NCBI RefSeq assembly: GCF_001194135.2
Contig: NC_068981.1
Span: forward strand, 182,884,066 to 182,917,665
Direction: 5' to 3'
Length of the DNA: 33,600 nucleotides
DNA from: Octopus bimaculoides
Taxonomy: Eukaryota
The position numbers were made by a program, and so were the translations under genes. Below, piece after piece: positions 32,721-33,600 of this stretch; positions within the stretch are counted from its first letter, which is position 1; each line of letters begins with the position of its first letter. A model generated the notes under the pieces. It made no database searches, was not told the origin of the DNA, and saw only the letters and a program-made list of their open reading frames with translations.

Positions 32721-32905
32721 CTATGTGAAACTCGAATTGCGAAACAAACTCTCGGGCTTCAGTTTTAATAAAAAGCATAACCGTTACATGTCTTAAGCCC
32801 TTCTTTCTAATTCGTTCGACATAAAGTCACACACACACACACACACACGCACACACACATTTATTTATACACACATATTTTAATACTCACACATACACAT
32901 ATATG

Positions 32906-32944
<39 letters not shown>

Positions 32945-33199
32945 CTTATATATATATATAAATTAAATAATGAAGGTAGAAATTAATATTATTAAATAAC
33001 ATCAATTTAAACCAGTGGCCTAGCATACTTAAAAATGTCCGAAGACTCTAAATTATATTACATATATAAATAAGAGGAATAGAATATGTTCTCAACAATT
33101 TTAACAAACGCCAGAATGTATGCTAAAATTTGAGAACATATTCTTCGTGATAAGGCGATTTGGCGTCTTCTAGCATATTAGGAATCCACCTTTGTGGCT

Positions 33200-33432
33200 A
33201 TTCTTCTCTTATATCACCACCTCCTCTTCCGGTCTTTTCACAATGTAACCTCGTGGGCATCGGTACCATTTTCCTCTTTCTCCGTTTTTCCATTCTCCTA
33301 ACTTTCCATCTTTCCGACGAAGGGCTACGCCCGAAACGTCATACACTCTCTCTTTCCTTTCCCGAGCGTCCAATAACACTATCCGTATCACGTCCTCACT
33401 TTGTTGTTTTTTTGTTATCGTTTTTTTGAACC
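33200..33432 (+). mobile_element. Penelope-like element terminal repeat fragment
   Basis: Pyrimidine-rich segment carrying the hammerhead motif and a T-rich end flush with (TA)14 at 33433-33460. Confidence 0.5.
33311..33344 (+). ncRNA. Minimal type I hammerhead motif of Penelope-like elements (U4>C)
   Basis: CCGACGA-A-GGGC-TAC-GCCC-GAAA-CGTC has a perfect stem II and a palindromic ACGT stem III. Stem I is very weak. Confidence 0.55.
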
Positions 33433-33463
<31 letters not shown>

Positions 33464-33600
33464 GGAATTTACAAAAAAAAAACAGAAACAAAACAAAACA
33501 AAAGACGAAGACGGGTGTGTAAATAACAAACAGATGTATTCAGTGTCCCGGGAACAAAATTTGCTTAGGGGGTGCAAACTCAGTTTCAAAATTTGGCATT

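Noticed and set aside
33020-33143. Possible collapsed hammerhead (ATGTCCGAAGACTCT) and a 13-bp inverted repeat (33084-33143)
   Set aside because: No intact core. The assignment would rest on recollection of related repeats rather than on this sequence.
33541-33600. Possible hAT-like terminus starting CAGTG
   Set aside because: Only 60 bp at the window edge; the partner TIR and TSD cannot be seen.

Overview
Eukaryotic, AT-rich, repeat-dense genomic DNA. It is most likely an octopod cephalopod (Octopus-type SINE families; this is recognition, not a database result). Five N-gaps are each flanked by microsatellite or low-complexity repeat sequence. I can support no intact host protein-coding gene, and most ORFs in the track are microsatellite or gap artefacts. 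The window is a nested transposon landscape: (1) an internally deleted Gypsy LTR retrotransposon (738-3066; ~95% identical LTRs, tRNA-Trp-type PBS, gag fused to an integrase C-terminus) inserted into one arm of an inverted repeat; (2) decayed L1/Tx1-like ORF1 and ORF2 fragments and an RTE LINE; (3) two mariner remnants, one with TIRs and TA TSD inside a SINE; (4) about 20 copies or fragments of 3-4 tRNA-derived SINE families, including a recurring heterodimer; (5) a TA-flanked MITE and two copies of a DINE-1/HINE-like element. The least explained signals are three hammerhead-ribozyme-like motifs, two of them enclosed by short inverted repeats, and an unexplained ~700 bp cassette at 12.4-13.2 kb. 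That cassette has convergent E2F/octamer/CCAAT modules and two short ORFs sharing a nearly identical leader. Several long hairpins and some unverified minus-strand micro-exon candidates are also reported.
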